Notes under the pieces: generated by a model
Seen by the model: only the letters and a program-made list of their open reading frames with translations
Told to the model about the DNA's origin: nothing
The model's database searches: none
Assembly (NCBI GenBank): GCA_038207085.1
Contig: JBBRAE010000008.1
Span: 63,743 to 127,742 of the forward strand
DNA: 64,000 nucleotides
Reading direction: 5' to 3'
Source of the DNA: Armatimonadota bacterium
GTDB lineage: Bacteria > Armatimonadota > UBA5829 > DTLH01
Translations under genes and position numbers: made by a program
Shown here: in pieces, positions 39,560 through 50,268 of the stretch
How the letters are laid out: each line of letters begins with the position of its first letter
Position numbering within the stretch: the stretch's first letter is position 1

Positions 39560-40672
39560 TTGAACACACGCCCATTTGGCAACAGAAGCGGCTTTAACGT
39601 GCCGCAGGTAAGTATTGGAGCTATGCGGTTCCCGGAAGACACTGACCAGGCGGTCGCCCTGATTCGCCATGCCATAGACAGCGGCACGGTCTACATCGAC
39701 ACCAGCCGCGGGTATGGAGACTCCGAGATCAAGCTCGGCAAAGCGCTGAAAGACGGTTACCGCGAGAAGGTTATCCTCTCAACCAAATGGTCGCCGTGGA
39801 TCACCAAGATCGAGGAGACCGATGACGCATCAGCCGACTGTATGCGTAAGCGCATCGAAGAGTCGATGACCCGCCTCGACGTAGACTACCTGGATTTCTA
39901 TCAGGTATGGAACATCGACTCCCGTGAGCACTACGACCAGGCAGTGGCAAAGGGCGGTATGGTCGACGGCATCCGCAAAGCGATGGACGACGGAATAGTC
40001 GGCCACACAGGGTTCACGACTCACGACTCTGTGGCGAACCTTCTCACCTACATCGATGAAGCCGAGTGGTGTGAGATCATTCTTTTTACCTATAACATGC
40101 TGAACAACACCTATGCCCCCGCTATCGATGCGGCCCACCGTAAGGGTATCGGTACGGTCATTATGAACCCCGTCGGCGGCGGAATGCTCACCAAGCCAAG
40201 CGCGGTCCTTGCCGAACTGGCCCAAGCCGCCGGATCCACATCGCTTCCTGACCTTGCCATTCGCTATATTCTTTCGAACCCCAGCGTCGACACGATCATC
40301 TCCGGCTTTTCCAAGCCCTCCGACGTCACCGAAACCCTCGCTTCATCGGGCTCACGGCTGTTCTCAGAGGAAATGATGCTGATGCTGCGAGATAAGCTCG
40401 ACGGCATATTGCATGGCTGCCAGGCTTTCTGCACCGGCTGCAAATACTGCCTGCCGTGCCCTCAGGGCATCGACATTCCAGGCGTTATGTACGGCGTCGG
40501 CCAGGACAGGTTCTGGGGTTTCGAGGAACACGCGCGGACTCACTTCGCTCAGATGAACACCCCAGGCCCCGAAGCCTGCACCGCCTGCGGCGCATGTGAA
40601 GAAAAGTGCACCCAGCACCTGAAGATCAGCGAAGAGATGGCTCACGCAGTCGCAAGGTTCGGCGCGAAGTAG
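39560..40672 (+). CDS. Aldo/keto reductase with C-terminal 4Fe-4S dicluster
   Basis: IGAMRFP, YIDTSRGY, LSTK, CTGCKYCLPCP and CTACGACEEKC; GGAG SD before a TTG start. Confidence 0.92.
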   Translation: MNTRPFGNRSGFNVPQVSIGAMRFPEDTDQAVALIRHAIDSGTVYIDTSRGYGDSEIKLGKALKDGYREKVILSTKWSPWITKIEETDDASADCMRKRIEESMTRLDVDYLDFYQVWNIDSREHYDQAVAKGGMVDGIRKAMDDGIVGHTGFTTHDSVANLLTYIDEAEWCEIILFTYNMLNNTYAPAIDAAHRKGIGTVIMNPVGGGMLTKPSAVLAELAQAAGSTSLPDLAIRYILSNPSVDTIISGFSKPSDVTETLASSGSRLFSEEMMLMLRDKLDGILHGCQAFCTGCKYCLPCPQGIDIPGVMYGVGQDRFWGFEEHARTHFAQMNTPGPEACTACGACEEKCTQHLKISEEMAHAVARFGAK

Positions 40673-40682
40673 TTCGCAGCCA

Positions 40683-40728
40683 TATTTTGATGCTTTGGCT
40701 ACCAAGAACGAGCCGAAGCATCAAAATA
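40683..40728. repeat. Long inverted repeat (18-bp stem)
   Basis: TATTTTGATGCTTTGGCT-N10-AGCCGAAGCATCAAAATA. Confidence 0.75.
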
Positions 40729-40848
40729 CGCGACGCCGATGGTGGGGCAATTTTCCGTGCATATTGACAATTACTGACTCAGCAGTTTCTTTTTTTGCGA
40801 GTCGAAGGTAAATTACACTATAAGCTTCGACAAAGGAGAGGTGGCGAT

Positions 40849-42882
40849 ATGAAACTAGAAGATGTGTGCAGCGATGCACTGCATAGAGCACTCGATGATT
40901 TGCCAGCGCAGTTTCCCACTACGCAACTGTCCAATCATAAAGTAATGGTTGAAGCCCACCGCAACTACTATGAGCACGACAAATACTACCATGCGTGAAT
41001 AGGGAGTTACCTCTCCCGCTATGAATCTCAGTTAGAGATCAGGTGCATTGACCGCCGACCTGACGCTGTGTGGGAGAAGGTTGGCATTGGAGGGAGGAGA
41101 GATACCAATTCTTCCAGTGCCCCGCAAGAAACTGTCACTATGACAAGGCCATCACGTGTGGAGACTCGTTCATCATCCGGCCCAGTACGAGATGGTCACT
41201 ACCGATCACTTGAATACATGCTCACCCCGGAGTTTAGGCAGGTCAAGCATTTGTTTGAAAGCATTCCCGAGATTGGAGGCGTGTACTTCCGTCCAACAGA
41301 CGGGCGGATCACTGTGGTTGACCTGCATCCTCATTCGCCCAAACCGAGGATTGGAGTTGGGCGTGACCCGTACATCAGGTGTGGTGCCACGTCGTCTGAG
41401 GTGTCGGACAGCTTGGACGAACGTATTGCATACCTGCGGGATGTCCGGGCAAGACAATTGCAGCCTTCGCGTGAGAACCAATTTGAGGCCCGCCTGATTC
41501 GCGAGGCTCAGTGCAATCATCTGTGCATACCGGGGTGCCCTAACCGCCTGCGTTTTGTCTTCAGCCAGTGGCGCATGGGTTTGACGCCCGATGTCGGCCA
41601 GCGATTCACTGATCTGGTGGCAGTGGATATTGAGAGGCGTTGCCTTGCTATTATAGAACTCAAAGCCGAACCGGACAACTCAGCCTTCCCTCAGGTCCAG
41701 TCGTATGTCGAGTACTTCAAGAACCACTGGAACGAATTAGGGCCCTTGTTTGTGAAGATTGCTCAAGTTATGGGCGAGTTGTATGGGTGCCGAGACCTGG
41801 CGAGTCTGAGCTGCCTCACTGGAAATATCGTGCCAATCGTCGGTTGGCCAACAAGCATCGGGACGCCGGTATTCACGGAGGTCAACCGAGAGACGTCTTG
41901 CGAGCACTGTTACGGGGTGTCAGCGAGTGGAACCCAGGAGAGCCCGCAGGACTCGACAGATATTGGGCCTCAGTGCCGGAGTGACTCCCCATTCACAGCC
42001 CGTATGCGCTTCCACCAGAGCTGGTACCGCTCTACGGTGTTGCGGGTGCCTTGCGGCACGGGACCAAACAAGGACAGCACATCGCGCTACGGCAATATGC
42101 TGACGACAGGTGATGGCGAACGTGGACTGAACTTTGTCTCCCCAGAAGCTTTCGCGGCAGCCAATAGGCGGATGGCGGAGCACACGGGTGCCGTAGAGCC
42201 ATTCCGCCTGCTACACAACATGCTGTCGAGTATGCCAATGTGCTTCAACCTCTTCGGCCCACTGGCGGAAGATATGGGACTGGCGACGGCAGGTCTCCAG
42301 GCGCTGCTGGGTAAGGATGAAGTCCGGCGTGTTCGGGAACTTGCATTTGAATATGCACCTTACCCCAAGTCAGAATATCTCAATGATGGCACAGCCTTCG
42401 ATGCACTCATCTCATACGAACGTCCCGATGGCAGTCTAGGTTTTCTGGGCATTGAGACAAAGCTTACAGAGCCGTTTTCACAGCGGCACTATGACTCCTG
42501 TGATTACCGAAGGTGGGTAGAACGGCAGGACTCTCCGTGGCCAAGAGATTCGTGGAGTCAACTGGACCACATCGACTATAACCAACTATGGAGAGGGCAT
42601 CTTCTGGCGACGGCTATGACGCACCACCCGCGCTCTCCTTACTCTGCTGGCTTGTTTGTGCTGGTTCGGCATCCGGGAGACGCTCAGTGTGCTCAGGTCG
42701 TCGATGCATACAAGAAGCTGCTGAAGCCACAAGACCACAGCTTTGTTGACCTTACTCTGGATAGCGTGGTTGACGCTTGGGAGCGAGCTTTCCCGGTTAG
42801 GTGTTCCGACTGGCTCGACAACATCAAGCTGCGATACGTTGATCTGGCGTCTAGCGACGTCAGCTGGCTGCATCGACACTGA
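40849..42882 (+). pseudogene. Double PD-(D/E)XK nuclease-like protein interrupted by one in-frame TGA (40996-40998)
   Basis: AAAGGAGAGG SD before ATG 40849; ORFs 40795-40998 and 41068-42882 share a frame. Domain 1 FTDLVAVD..IIELK..QVQSY (NucS/Mrr-like); domain 2 NMLSSMPMCFNLF..TAFDA..GIETKLTEPF (PGN_0703-like). Confidence 0.65.
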
Positions 42883-42910
42883 TCCTAGGAATAAAGGGAC
42901 TGACCCTTTA

Positions 42911-42939
42911 TTGACAAGCGATCCAGCAGATTGTATACT
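42911..42939 (+). promoter_or_regulatory. Strong sigma70-type promoter
   Basis: TTGACA-N17-TATACT. Confidence 0.85.
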
Positions 42940-42951
42940 GCTGCCATGCTA

Positions 42952-43043
42952 AGAGTAGCGCGATCGGTAGTTGAAGAGGCCGGCCGCGAAAGGCTTAATA
43001 ACGGCTCAGTCCCCTTATTTCAGTCCTCTGCCTTCTGCGCTCT
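42952..43043 (+). ncRNA. Candidate structured RNA (riboswitch leader or sRNA) upstream of guaB-guaA-hpt
   Basis: Starts just after the promoter. Nested pairings by eye: AGAG..CGCG/TGCGCTCT, GGTAG/CTGCC, TTGAAG/TTTCAG, GCCG/CGGC and GCC-GCGAAA-GGC. No family recognised. Confidence 0.45.
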
Positions 43044-43122
43044 GAACTATCAGCAAGTTCCTTGACTTCAGCCTATATCGTTTGATATGATATGTGCAAA
43101 AGCTGTTGGAGGAACAAGAATC

Positions 43123-44283
43123 TTGTTGGTCAATATCGGGGGCAAAAAAACTGCCAGACGAGCTTATGGTTTTGATGAAGTGGCCGTGGTGCCAGCGGCG
43201 GTGAGTGTGGATGTCGCCGATGTAGATACTAGCTGGAATATCGGCAAGCTTTGCTTTGGGGTGCCGATTCTTGCCTCTGCCATGGACGGCGTTGTCGACC
43301 CACGACTCGCTATCGAAATGGGCAGGCTGGGCGGACTTGCGGTGCTCAACCTCGAAGGCGTGCAGTGCCGCTACGAGGATGCAGACGCGGTGATCAACCA
43401 GATCATCGAGGCTGACTCTGCCGGGGTTATCCAACTGATTCAGGGGATCTACCAGGAGCCGATCAAGCCTGAGCTGATCGCGCACCGCATCAAGCAGATC
43501 AAGGCCGGCGGCCAGCTTGCCGCAGTCTCTGCTATCCCCGCAGCCGCGCAGAAGTACGCTGACGTGATCTTCGAAGCCGGCGCGGACATGGTCGTTATTC
43601 AGTCGACCGTTACCGCCGCGACATTCCATTCAAGCCGCGGTGAGGCCGTTTCTATTTCAGATTTCTGCAAGAACTCACCCATCCCCGTTATGATCGGCAA
43701 CTCGGTCTCCTACGCGACCACGCTTGCGCTTATGGAAGCTGGAGCCGATGCGATTCTCTCGGGAGTCGGCCCCGGCGCTGCCTGCACCACCCGCAAGGTC
43801 TGCGGAGTAGGCGTTCCCCAGATCACCGCGACCGCCGACGCTGCCTCTGCCCGCGAAGACTTCTTCGAGAAGACCGGCAAGTACGTCCCGGTCATCGCTG
43901 ACGGTGGAATGAGGACCGGCGGCGACATCATCAAGGCAATCGTTGCAGGCGCCGACGCGGTTATGATCGGAAGCCCGATCGCCGCGACCGAAGAGGCCCC
44001 CGGCAAAGGGTTCCACTGGGGTATGGCCACTTCGAGTCTGGGTCTGCCGCGAGGCACCAGGGTCCACGTCGGCACCAGGGCAAGCCTGGAGCAGACGCTC
44101 TTTGGCCCGGCCAAGCTGGACGACGGCACAATGAACTTTATCGGCGCACTGAAGCTTTCCATGAGCTACTGCGGCGCTAGAACTATAAAAGATATGCAGC
44201 AGGCGGAGCTGATTATCGCTCCTTCACTTCCGACCGAAGGTAAGACGATGCAGCGCGCACAGGGGGTTGGCCAGTGGCGGTAA
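43123..44283 (+). CDS. guaB: IMP dehydrogenase-family protein (GuaB3-like, no CBS domains)
   Basis: [30 protein letters not shown] (catalytic Cys) and IADGG; TTG start after GGAGG. Confidence 0.85.
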   Translation: MLVNIGGKKTARRAYGFDEVAVVPAAVSVDVADVDTSWNIGKLCFGVPILASAMDGVVDPRLAIEMGRLGGLAVLNLEGVQCRYEDADAVINQIIEADSAGVIQLIQGIYQEPIKPELIAHRIKQIKAGGQLAAVSAIPAAAQKYADVIFEAGADMVVIQSTVTAATFHSSRGEAVSISDFCKNSPIPVMIGNSVSYATTLALMEAGADAILSGVGPGAACTTRKVCGVGVPQITATADAASAREDFFEKTGKYVPVIADGGMRTGGDIIKAIVAGADAVMIGSPIAATEEAPGKGFHWGMATSSLGLPRGTRVHVGTRASLEQTLFGPAKLDDGTMNFIGALKLSMSYCGARTIKDMQQAELIIAPSLPTEGKTMQRAQGVGQWR

Positions 44284-45833
44284 GTTCCAAAGCGAGCGCA
44301 GCAACTAAGCAGCTCGTAGTCGTTCTCGATTTCGGCGCTCAGTACAGCCAGCTGATCGCAAGACGCGTGCGTGAGTGCCGCGTCTACTGCGAGATTCTGC
44401 CGTACGACACGCCTATCGAGGAGATATCGAAACGCCAGCCGATGGGGATCATCTTCTCCGGTGGACCTTCAAGCGTCTACGATGATGGAGCTCCCACCTG
44501 CGACCCGAGGATCTACGATCTTCGTATTCCTATTCTTGGCATCTGTTACGGAATGCAGCTTATGGCGTTCCAGCTCGGCGGGGGCGTTATGCCTCAAGAG
44601 CGACGCGAGTACGGCAAGACCGAGCTAGACGTTCTTGATAATTCCGACCTGTTCGCAGGCCTTAACCCTGAACTGATCTGCTGGATGAGCCACGGTGACG
44701 CGGTGCAGAGCCCGCCTCCGGGGTTCAAGGTCTGCGCCCGCACCGGCAACTCGCCTGTCGCCAGTATGTCGAACTCCGAGCGCAAGCTCTTTGGCGTCCA
44801 GTTCCACCCCGAGGTCGTGCATACGCCCTGGGGAGTTGAAGTTATTCGCAACTTCCTCTATAACGAGTGTGGTTGCGGTGGCCTTTGGACGATGGAGTCG
44901 TTCGTCAAGATTGCTTGCGATCACATCAAAAAGCAGGTCGGCAGCAAATCTGTTATATGCGGCCTGTCGGGCGGTATCGACTCGGCGGTTGTCGCTGGGC
45001 TTGTTCACAGAGCGGTCGGCGACCAGCTGACATGCATTTTCGTCAACCACGGACTGCTCCGAAAAGACGAGGCGAAACAGGTCCGGGACACTTTTGAAGG
45101 ATTCTTCAAGATTAAACTGATCTACGTCGACTGCGAAAAGCGGTTCCTTGATCGGTTGAAGGGAGTCACCGACCCCGAAGAGAAGCGAAAGATTATTGGC
45201 GAGGAGTTCATCCGGGTATTCGAAGAAGAAGCAAACAAGCTTCCGAAGGCGGATTACCTCGCGCAGGGGACTCTTTACCCCGACGTGATCGAAAGTGGCA
45301 CGAAAAACGCCGCCAAGATCAAGACCCACCACAACGTGGGAGGGCTTCCCGATGATATGAACTTCAAGCTCGTCGAACCGCTTCGCTATCTCTTCAAGGA
45401 CGAGGTTCGTCGCGTCGCCGAGGAACTCGGGCTTCCGAGTGAGATGGTGTGGCGTCAGCCGTTCCCTGGTCCGGGTCTCGCGATCAGGATCATCGGCGAG
45501 GTCACCAAAGACCGCTTGGACACGCTTCGTGAAGCGGACGCGATCATCGTAGAAGAGATCAAGCGCGCGGGTCTTTATAGAAGTATTTGGCAGGCCTTTG
45601 GCGTGCTCGCTCCGATCAAAAGCGTCGGTGTTATGGGCGACCAGCGCACATACGCATATCCGATCATCCTTCGCGCGGTCACAAGTGAAGACGCTATGAC
45701 CGCCGACTGGGCAAGACTTCCTTGGGAAGTGCTTGAGAGAATTAGTAACCGCTTGATAAACGAGGTAGAGGGTGTGAACCGGCTGGTGTATGACGTCAGC
45801 TCCAAGCCCCCGGCTACCATCGAATGGGAGTAG
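44274..45833 (+). CDS. guaA: GMP synthase (glutamine-hydrolysing)
   Basis: [34 protein letters not shown] and [10 protein letters not shown]. Confidence 0.98.
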   Translation: MAVSSKASAATKQLVVVLDFGAQYSQLIARRVRECRVYCEILPYDTPIEEISKRQPMGIIFSGGPSSVYDDGAPTCDPRIYDLRIPILGICYGMQLMAFQLGGGVMPQERREYGKTELDVLDNSDLFAGLNPELICWMSHGDAVQSPPPGFKVCARTGNSPVASMSNSERKLFGVQFHPEVVHTPWGVEVIRNFLYNECGCGGLWTMESFVKIACDHIKKQVGSKSVICGLSGGIDSAVVAGLVHRAVGDQLTCIFVNHGLLRKDEAKQVRDTFEGFFKIKLIYVDCEKRFLDRLKGVTDPEEKRKIIGEEFIRVFEEEANKLPKADYLAQGTLYPDVIESGTKNAAKIKTHHNVGGLPDDMNFKLVEPLRYLFKDEVRRVAEELGLPSEMVWRQPFPGPGLAIRIIGEVTKDRLDTLREADAIIVEEIKRAGLYRSIWQAFGVLAPIKSVGVMGDQRTYAYPIILRAVTSEDAMTADWARLPWEVLERISNRLINEVEGVNRLVYDVSSKPPATIEWE

Positions 45834-45838
45834 GCTAA

Positions 45839-46408
45839 ATGGGACAGTCAAAGTACGCTCTGGCGACTGATATAGCTCAGGTGCTCATTACTGAGGAGCA
45901 GCTTCAGGCCCGGGTTAAAGAACTTGGAGAGCAGATTTCCCGAGACTACGAGGGTAAGGCCCTGGTGCTCGTGGGTATACTTAAAGGTGCTACGATATTC
46001 CTCGCCGACCTTGTAAGGCACATCACCATTCCGGTGGATTACGACTTCGTCGCGATCTCCAGCTATGGGGCCGACACCAAGACCTCGGGCGTCGTAAGAC
46101 TCCTGAAGGACCTTGATGAGAGCATCGAGAGCAAGCACGTTCTTGTGGTCGAGGACATAGTGGACACTGGCTGGACGCTTCGTCTCAGCTACATCGTCGA
46201 GAACCTCCGCTCAAGGAAAGCTGCGAGCGTGAGAGTCGCGACCCTGCTCGACAAGCCCAGCCGCCGAAAGGTAGATGTTGGAATAGACTATTACGGGTTC
46301 ATAGTCGAGGACAAATACGTCGTCGGCTACGGCCTGGATTACGATGGAAGATATCGAAGCCTGCCATACGTCGGGATACTGAAACCCGAAGTATACGGCG
46401 GAGGATAG
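45839..46408 (+). CDS. hpt: Hypoxanthine phosphoribosyltransferase
   Basis: GILKGA, SSYG, VLVVEDIVDTG, LLDKP and VGYGLDY. Confidence 0.96.
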   Translation: MGQSKYALATDIAQVLITEEQLQARVKELGEQISRDYEGKALVLVGILKGATIFLADLVRHITIPVDYDFVAISSYGADTKTSGVVRLLKDLDESIESKHVLVVEDIVDTGWTLRLSYIVENLRSRKAASVRVATLLDKPSRRKVDVGIDYYGFIVEDKYVVGYGLDYDGRYRSLPYVGILKPEVYGGG

Positions 46409-46558
46409 CCTTTTTCAGGGGTTGGGAATAGGGATTGGGGGCTGGAAAAACCGGCCTCTGGGCCCTGTTCCCTGGCCCTGGTGAGCAGTGTTAACCCCCA
46501 AACGTTCTTCCATCCTCATAGTCCAAAAGCCATTAGGGAAAATATATTTGTTAAAGTG

Positions 46559-46587
46559 TGGACAAAGTATGGATTCTTCGGTATAAT
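46559..46587 (+). promoter_or_regulatory. sigma70-type promoter for rho (long leader)
   Basis: TGGACA-N17-TATAAT, ~290 nt upstream of rho. Confidence 0.7.
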
Positions 46588-46881
46588 ACTCAACGGAGAG
46601 ATTACAAGTCCTCATTCGGTCGTCGGGGACGGACGGCCAATACTTCCGAGTCACCATTTTTCGAACTTCAGTTACGCACGGATTCCGTCGGGATCATGTG
46701 CCGAATGTTCGCCCTGCAAGTTTTCCCGGCTGAGCGTTTAGCGGTACCGGAAGTCAAAGAGCAATCCCAATGGCCGATTTTGTCGGCATTATATTCGTTT
46801 AATAGCGCGGCCCAAGCGGTCGCCTAAGCCCTCAAACATTCAGTTCAATTCCAGGAGTCGGTTTGTGGGCCAGCCAAAGAG

Positions 46882-48162
46882 GTGAGTAGATTGGATCAGA
46901 TAGAACTGTCGGATTTGGAGAAGAAAACTGTAGACGAGCTACAGGAGATCGCCAAGGAGCTAGAGCTCGGCGATGACCACGACGGCAAAAGGGACCTTGT
47001 TTTTAAGATCCTTGCCGCGGTGACCGAGAAAAGCGGGTTGATATTCGACCACGGCGCGCTCGAGATCCTGCCGGACGGGTGGGGGTTCCTGAGGCACGAC
47101 AACTTCTCGCCATCCCCGACCGATGTGTATGTCTCGCAGAGCCAGATCAAGCGCTTCGGGCTTAAGACCGGCGACACTGTCTACGGAGAAGTGCGCCCGC
47201 CCAAAGACAGCGAGAAATACTACAGCCTGCTTCGCGTGAAGGCCGTAAACGGAGTGGACCCGGACATGGCGAGGCAGCGCAAGCATTTCGATGACTTGAC
47301 GCCGATCTACCCCGACGAGAGACTCATCCTTGAGACGACCGGCGATAACCTGTCGGCGCGCTTTATTGATCTGATCGCACCAATCGGCAAGGGCCAGAGA
47401 GGCCTGATCGTCGCTCCGCCGAAGGCTGGTAAGACCACTCTCCTGAAGACAATCGCAAACAGTGTTACGACAAATTACCCCGACGTTCACCTGATCGTGC
47501 TGCTGATCGACGAACGCCCGGAAGAAGTCACCGACATCCGCCGCTCGGTCAAAGGCGAGGTAGTGAGTTCAACGTTCGACGAGCTTCCCGAGAACCATAT
47601 GAGGGTAGCCGACATCGTGCTTGAGAAGGCCAAACGCCTTGTGGAGTCTGGCCGGGACGTAGTAGTTCTCCTTGACTCGATCACCAGGCTTTCGCGCGCC
47701 TCGAACCTCACGGTCAACCCGAGTGGCCGCACGCTCTCCGGTGGTCTTGACCCGTCGGCGCTTTACCGGCCGAAGAGGTTCATTGGCGCCGCGCGAAACA
47801 TCGAGGAAGGCGGCAGCCTTACCGTTATCGGAACCGCGCTTGTTGAGACAGGCAGCCGAATGGACGATGCGATCTTTGAAGAGTTCAAGGCGACAGGCAA
47901 CATGGAGCTGGTGCTCGACCGCAACATCGCCGAGCGCAGGCTTTTCCCTGCAATCGACGTCAAGCGCTCCGGCACCCGCCACGACGAGCTTCTCTATGAC
48001 GAGGACACCCTGCGCCGCGTATGGCAGCTGCACAGGCTCCTGGCAGCGCTGGGAAGCGTAGAAGCGACCGAGCTTCTCCTGGACCGCCTGCGCCACACCA
48101 AGTCGAACAAAGAGTTCCTGAAGATCGTCGACAAGACGATGAAGTCGGGAGATTTGGACTAA
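46882..48162 (+). CDS. rho: Transcription termination factor Rho
   Basis: [35 protein letters not shown] and LDSITRL; the start may be TTG 46891. Confidence 0.98.
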   Translation: MSRLDQIELSDLEKKTVDELQEIAKELELGDDHDGKRDLVFKILAAVTEKSGLIFDHGALEILPDGWGFLRHDNFSPSPTDVYVSQSQIKRFGLKTGDTVYGEVRPPKDSEKYYSLLRVKAVNGVDPDMARQRKHFDDLTPIYPDERLILETTGDNLSARFIDLIAPIGKGQRGLIVAPPKAGKTTLLKTIANSVTTNYPDVHLIVLLIDERPEEVTDIRRSVKGEVVSSTFDELPENHMRVADIVLEKAKRLVESGRDVVVLLDSITRLSRASNLTVNPSGRTLSGGLDPSALYRPKRFIGAARNIEEGGSLTVIGTALVETGSRMDDAIFEEFKATGNMELVLDRNIAERRLFPAIDVKRSGTRHDELLYDEDTLRRVWQLHRLLAALGSVEATELLLDRLRHTKSNKEFLKIVDKTMKSGDLD

Positions 48163-48336
48163 GAGAGATAGAGAAGTGCAGAGAGAAGAGTTCAGAGTAG
48201 GGACTGACGAGGCTTGGTGTGCTGGTGTAACAGCCACTCTGAAATCTGAACTCTGAACTGTACTCTCTACTATTGATTGCCGTTTCCCGTCTGCGGGTAA
48301 ATTGGTTGCAGAGTAACATCAAAGGGGCTTACTGAA

Positions 48337-48894
48337 GTGGAAGATGATAGAGACTTCAACGAAGAGGATCGCCCGGAAGAGGGAAAGCCTGGCGGCGGGG
48401 ACAACCCGCTTGATGGTATGCCTCCTTTCCGGGGCGATTGGAACGAGGGACCCCCTGGAGAAGGGGAAGGGCAGTCTCTTGACGAAAAAGAGGTCAAGGT
48501 GGTCGGCGTGTACGAGCATCAGGACGCCGCCACAGCTCAGCCCACTGCTTTTGTGCTTTTAAGAGACAACACCGGCAGGTCGGTCTTGATATGGATCGGC
48601 CGTCCGGAGGCATTTTCTATATCGGTCGCCCTTGAAGGCGCGAATGCGGACCGGCCCATGACCCACGATCTGGTGAAGAACATTGTTTTTCGCATGGGCG
48701 GGAATATCGAGCGCATCGTCATCGACGACCTGTGGCATGACACCTACTACGCCAAGATCCACGTGGCAATGAACGGCCGCGAGTTGATCATTGACTCCAG
48801 ACCAAGCGACGCGATCGCAGTCGGCCTTCGGGCAAAGGCTCCGATCTTTATGGCGGAGGCGGTTCTGGAGCAGGCTGCCGCTTATGAGGAATGA
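48337..48894 (+). CDS. Bifunctional nuclease family (DUF151) protein
   Basis: IWIGRPEA, RPMTHDL and IDSRPSDAIA. Confidence 0.9.
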   Translation: MEDDRDFNEEDRPEEGKPGGGDNPLDGMPPFRGDWNEGPPGEGEGQSLDEKEVKVVGVYEHQDAATAQPTAFVLLRDNTGRSVLIWIGRPEAFSISVALEGANADRPMTHDLVKNIVFRMGGNIERIVIDDLWHDTYYAKIHVAMNGRELIIDSRPSDAIAVGLRAKAPIFMAEAVLEQAAAYEE

Positions 48895-48926
48895 GCCGAG
48901 GGTGACATACACCCCGGCTCATTTTT
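48891..48926 (+). terminator. Intrinsic terminator between the DUF151 and OGG genes
   Basis: ATGAGCCG.GGGTG-loop-CACCC-CGGCTCAT-TTTT. Confidence 0.65.
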
Positions 48927-48931
48927 GATTT

Positions 48932-49837
48932 ATGGCCGAGTTTCTTCCCATCCCAAAACATCACTTGAACCTGCAGTTTACGCTCGCCTGCGGGCAGGCG
49001 TTCAGATGGCGTCACGACCACGAACTCTTCTGGGCCGCTCCCGTCCAAGGCAAAGTCATCCGTGTAAAAGAGATTGACGAGGGGATTCTTTGGGAGACTC
49101 TTCCGGGCGAGCCCGATTACGAACTATTCGCTTCTACATTTCGTCTGGACGACGACATCGAGCGCATCTACGCTGACCTTTCAGCCGCCGATGCTCATCT
49201 GGCAGAGCTTGTAAACGACCGCTTCGCCGGCATGCGACTTCTTCGTCAGGACCCCACCGAGGCTCTTCTCTCCTACGTCTGCTCCACCGCAAACTCCGTT
49301 CCCAGGATTATGAAAGCAATCGAGCTGTTAAGCGAGAATTACGGCGAGTTCATAGTGGAAGTGGCAGGCAGAAAGCACTACGCCTTCCCCAAGCCTGATG
49401 CCTTCATCGCAGCCGACCCAGATGACCTTTGGAAGACCGGCAGCCTGGCGTGGCGCGGCCCGAACATCGCGATGGTCGCCCGCCAGATCCTCGAACACCC
49501 CGCGCGGTGGGTCGATTCGCTAAGAGAAGCGCCGTACGAAGTCGCCAAAGCCGAGCTGATGAGTTTAAGGGGAATTGGCGCAAAGATTGCTGACTGTGTG
49601 TGTCTTTTCGCTCTGAACAAGGACCAGGCAGTCCCTGTCGATACCCACATCAGGCAAGTCGCGGAGCGTTATTTTATGCCCGAGATCAAGCTGAAGACGA
49701 TCACCACCGCTGCCTACAGAAAGATCACCAACGCCTTCTGGGATCGTTATGGCGTGTGGTCGGGTTGGGCTCAGGAGTTCTTGTTCTACGAAGACCTGCT
49801 GCGCGCGAGAAAGCAGCATAAGACCGAGTTGACGTGA
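48932..49837 (+). CDS. 8-oxoguanine DNA glycosylase (OGG1-like, HhH-GPD)
   Basis: TLACGQAFRW, RLLRQDP, LRGIGAKIADCVCLF, VPVDTH and GWAQ. Confidence 0.93.
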   Translation: MAEFLPIPKHHLNLQFTLACGQAFRWRHDHELFWAAPVQGKVIRVKEIDEGILWETLPGEPDYELFASTFRLDDDIERIYADLSAADAHLAELVNDRFAGMRLLRQDPTEALLSYVCSTANSVPRIMKAIELLSENYGEFIVEVAGRKHYAFPKPDAFIAADPDDLWKTGSLAWRGPNIAMVARQILEHPARWVDSLREAPYEVAKAELMSLRGIGAKIADCVCLFALNKDQAVPVDTHIRQVAERYFMPEIKLKTITTAAYRKITNAFWDRYGVWSGWAQEFLFYEDLLRARKQHKTELT

Positions 49838-49843
49838 AGAGTC

Positions 49844-50200
49844 TCAGTAGAGACTGTGCCCTGGTCGATTGCATGTGGGGTTATCCCCGACGCTGCCTGG
49901 GGTGTATTCCCCTCCGCCGGGACATACGGGCCGGTTCTTGAAGTAGTTTGGTATGAGGTCGTCGTACGTGGGGATGTCCGCAGAGTTCTTCTTCTTGTCG
50001 ATCGCCCAACGCTCTTTCGCGTCCTGCATCAGTCGCAGCTGTCCCCGACATACACTCGCCTGTGAATGCTCCCTGGCGGTAAGATAGCTTGGGATTGCGA
50101 TCGCAATGAGAATGCCGAGGATCAAGAGGACGCACACCATCTCGATCAGCGTAAAGCCGAATCGGGAGCGTGTTTTGACTGAGCCGGGGTGTTTTGTCAT
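49844..50200 (-). CDS. Prepilin-type (type IV pilin/T2SS pseudopilin) protein 2
   Basis: GFTLIEM cleavage motif, hydrophobic helix and C-terminal CPGGGEY..PTC; start set at ATG 50200. Confidence 0.8.
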   Translation of the reverse strand: MTKHPGSVKTRSRFGFTLIEMVCVLLILGILIAIAIPSYLTAREHSQASVCRGQLRLMQDAKERWAIDKKKNSADIPTYDDLIPNYFKNRPVCPGGGEYTPGSVGDNPTCNRPGHSLY

Positions 50201-50202
50201 AT

Positions 50203-50240
50203 AAAAAGACCTGGTCGCCCATCCGAAGACGGGCGACCAA
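50203..50240 (-). terminator. Intrinsic terminator between the two pilin genes
   Basis: TGGTCGCCC-loop-GGGCGACCA followed by GGTCTTTTT on the minus strand. Confidence 0.75.
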
Positions 50241-50268
50241 TTTTCGTTAGACTTGAAAATCCTGCAAC

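Noticed and set aside
40996..41025. Confident SECIS/selenoprotein call
   Set aside because: The hairpin is short, lacks a G-containing apical loop, and the context is not a redox motif; kept only as an alternative hypothesis.
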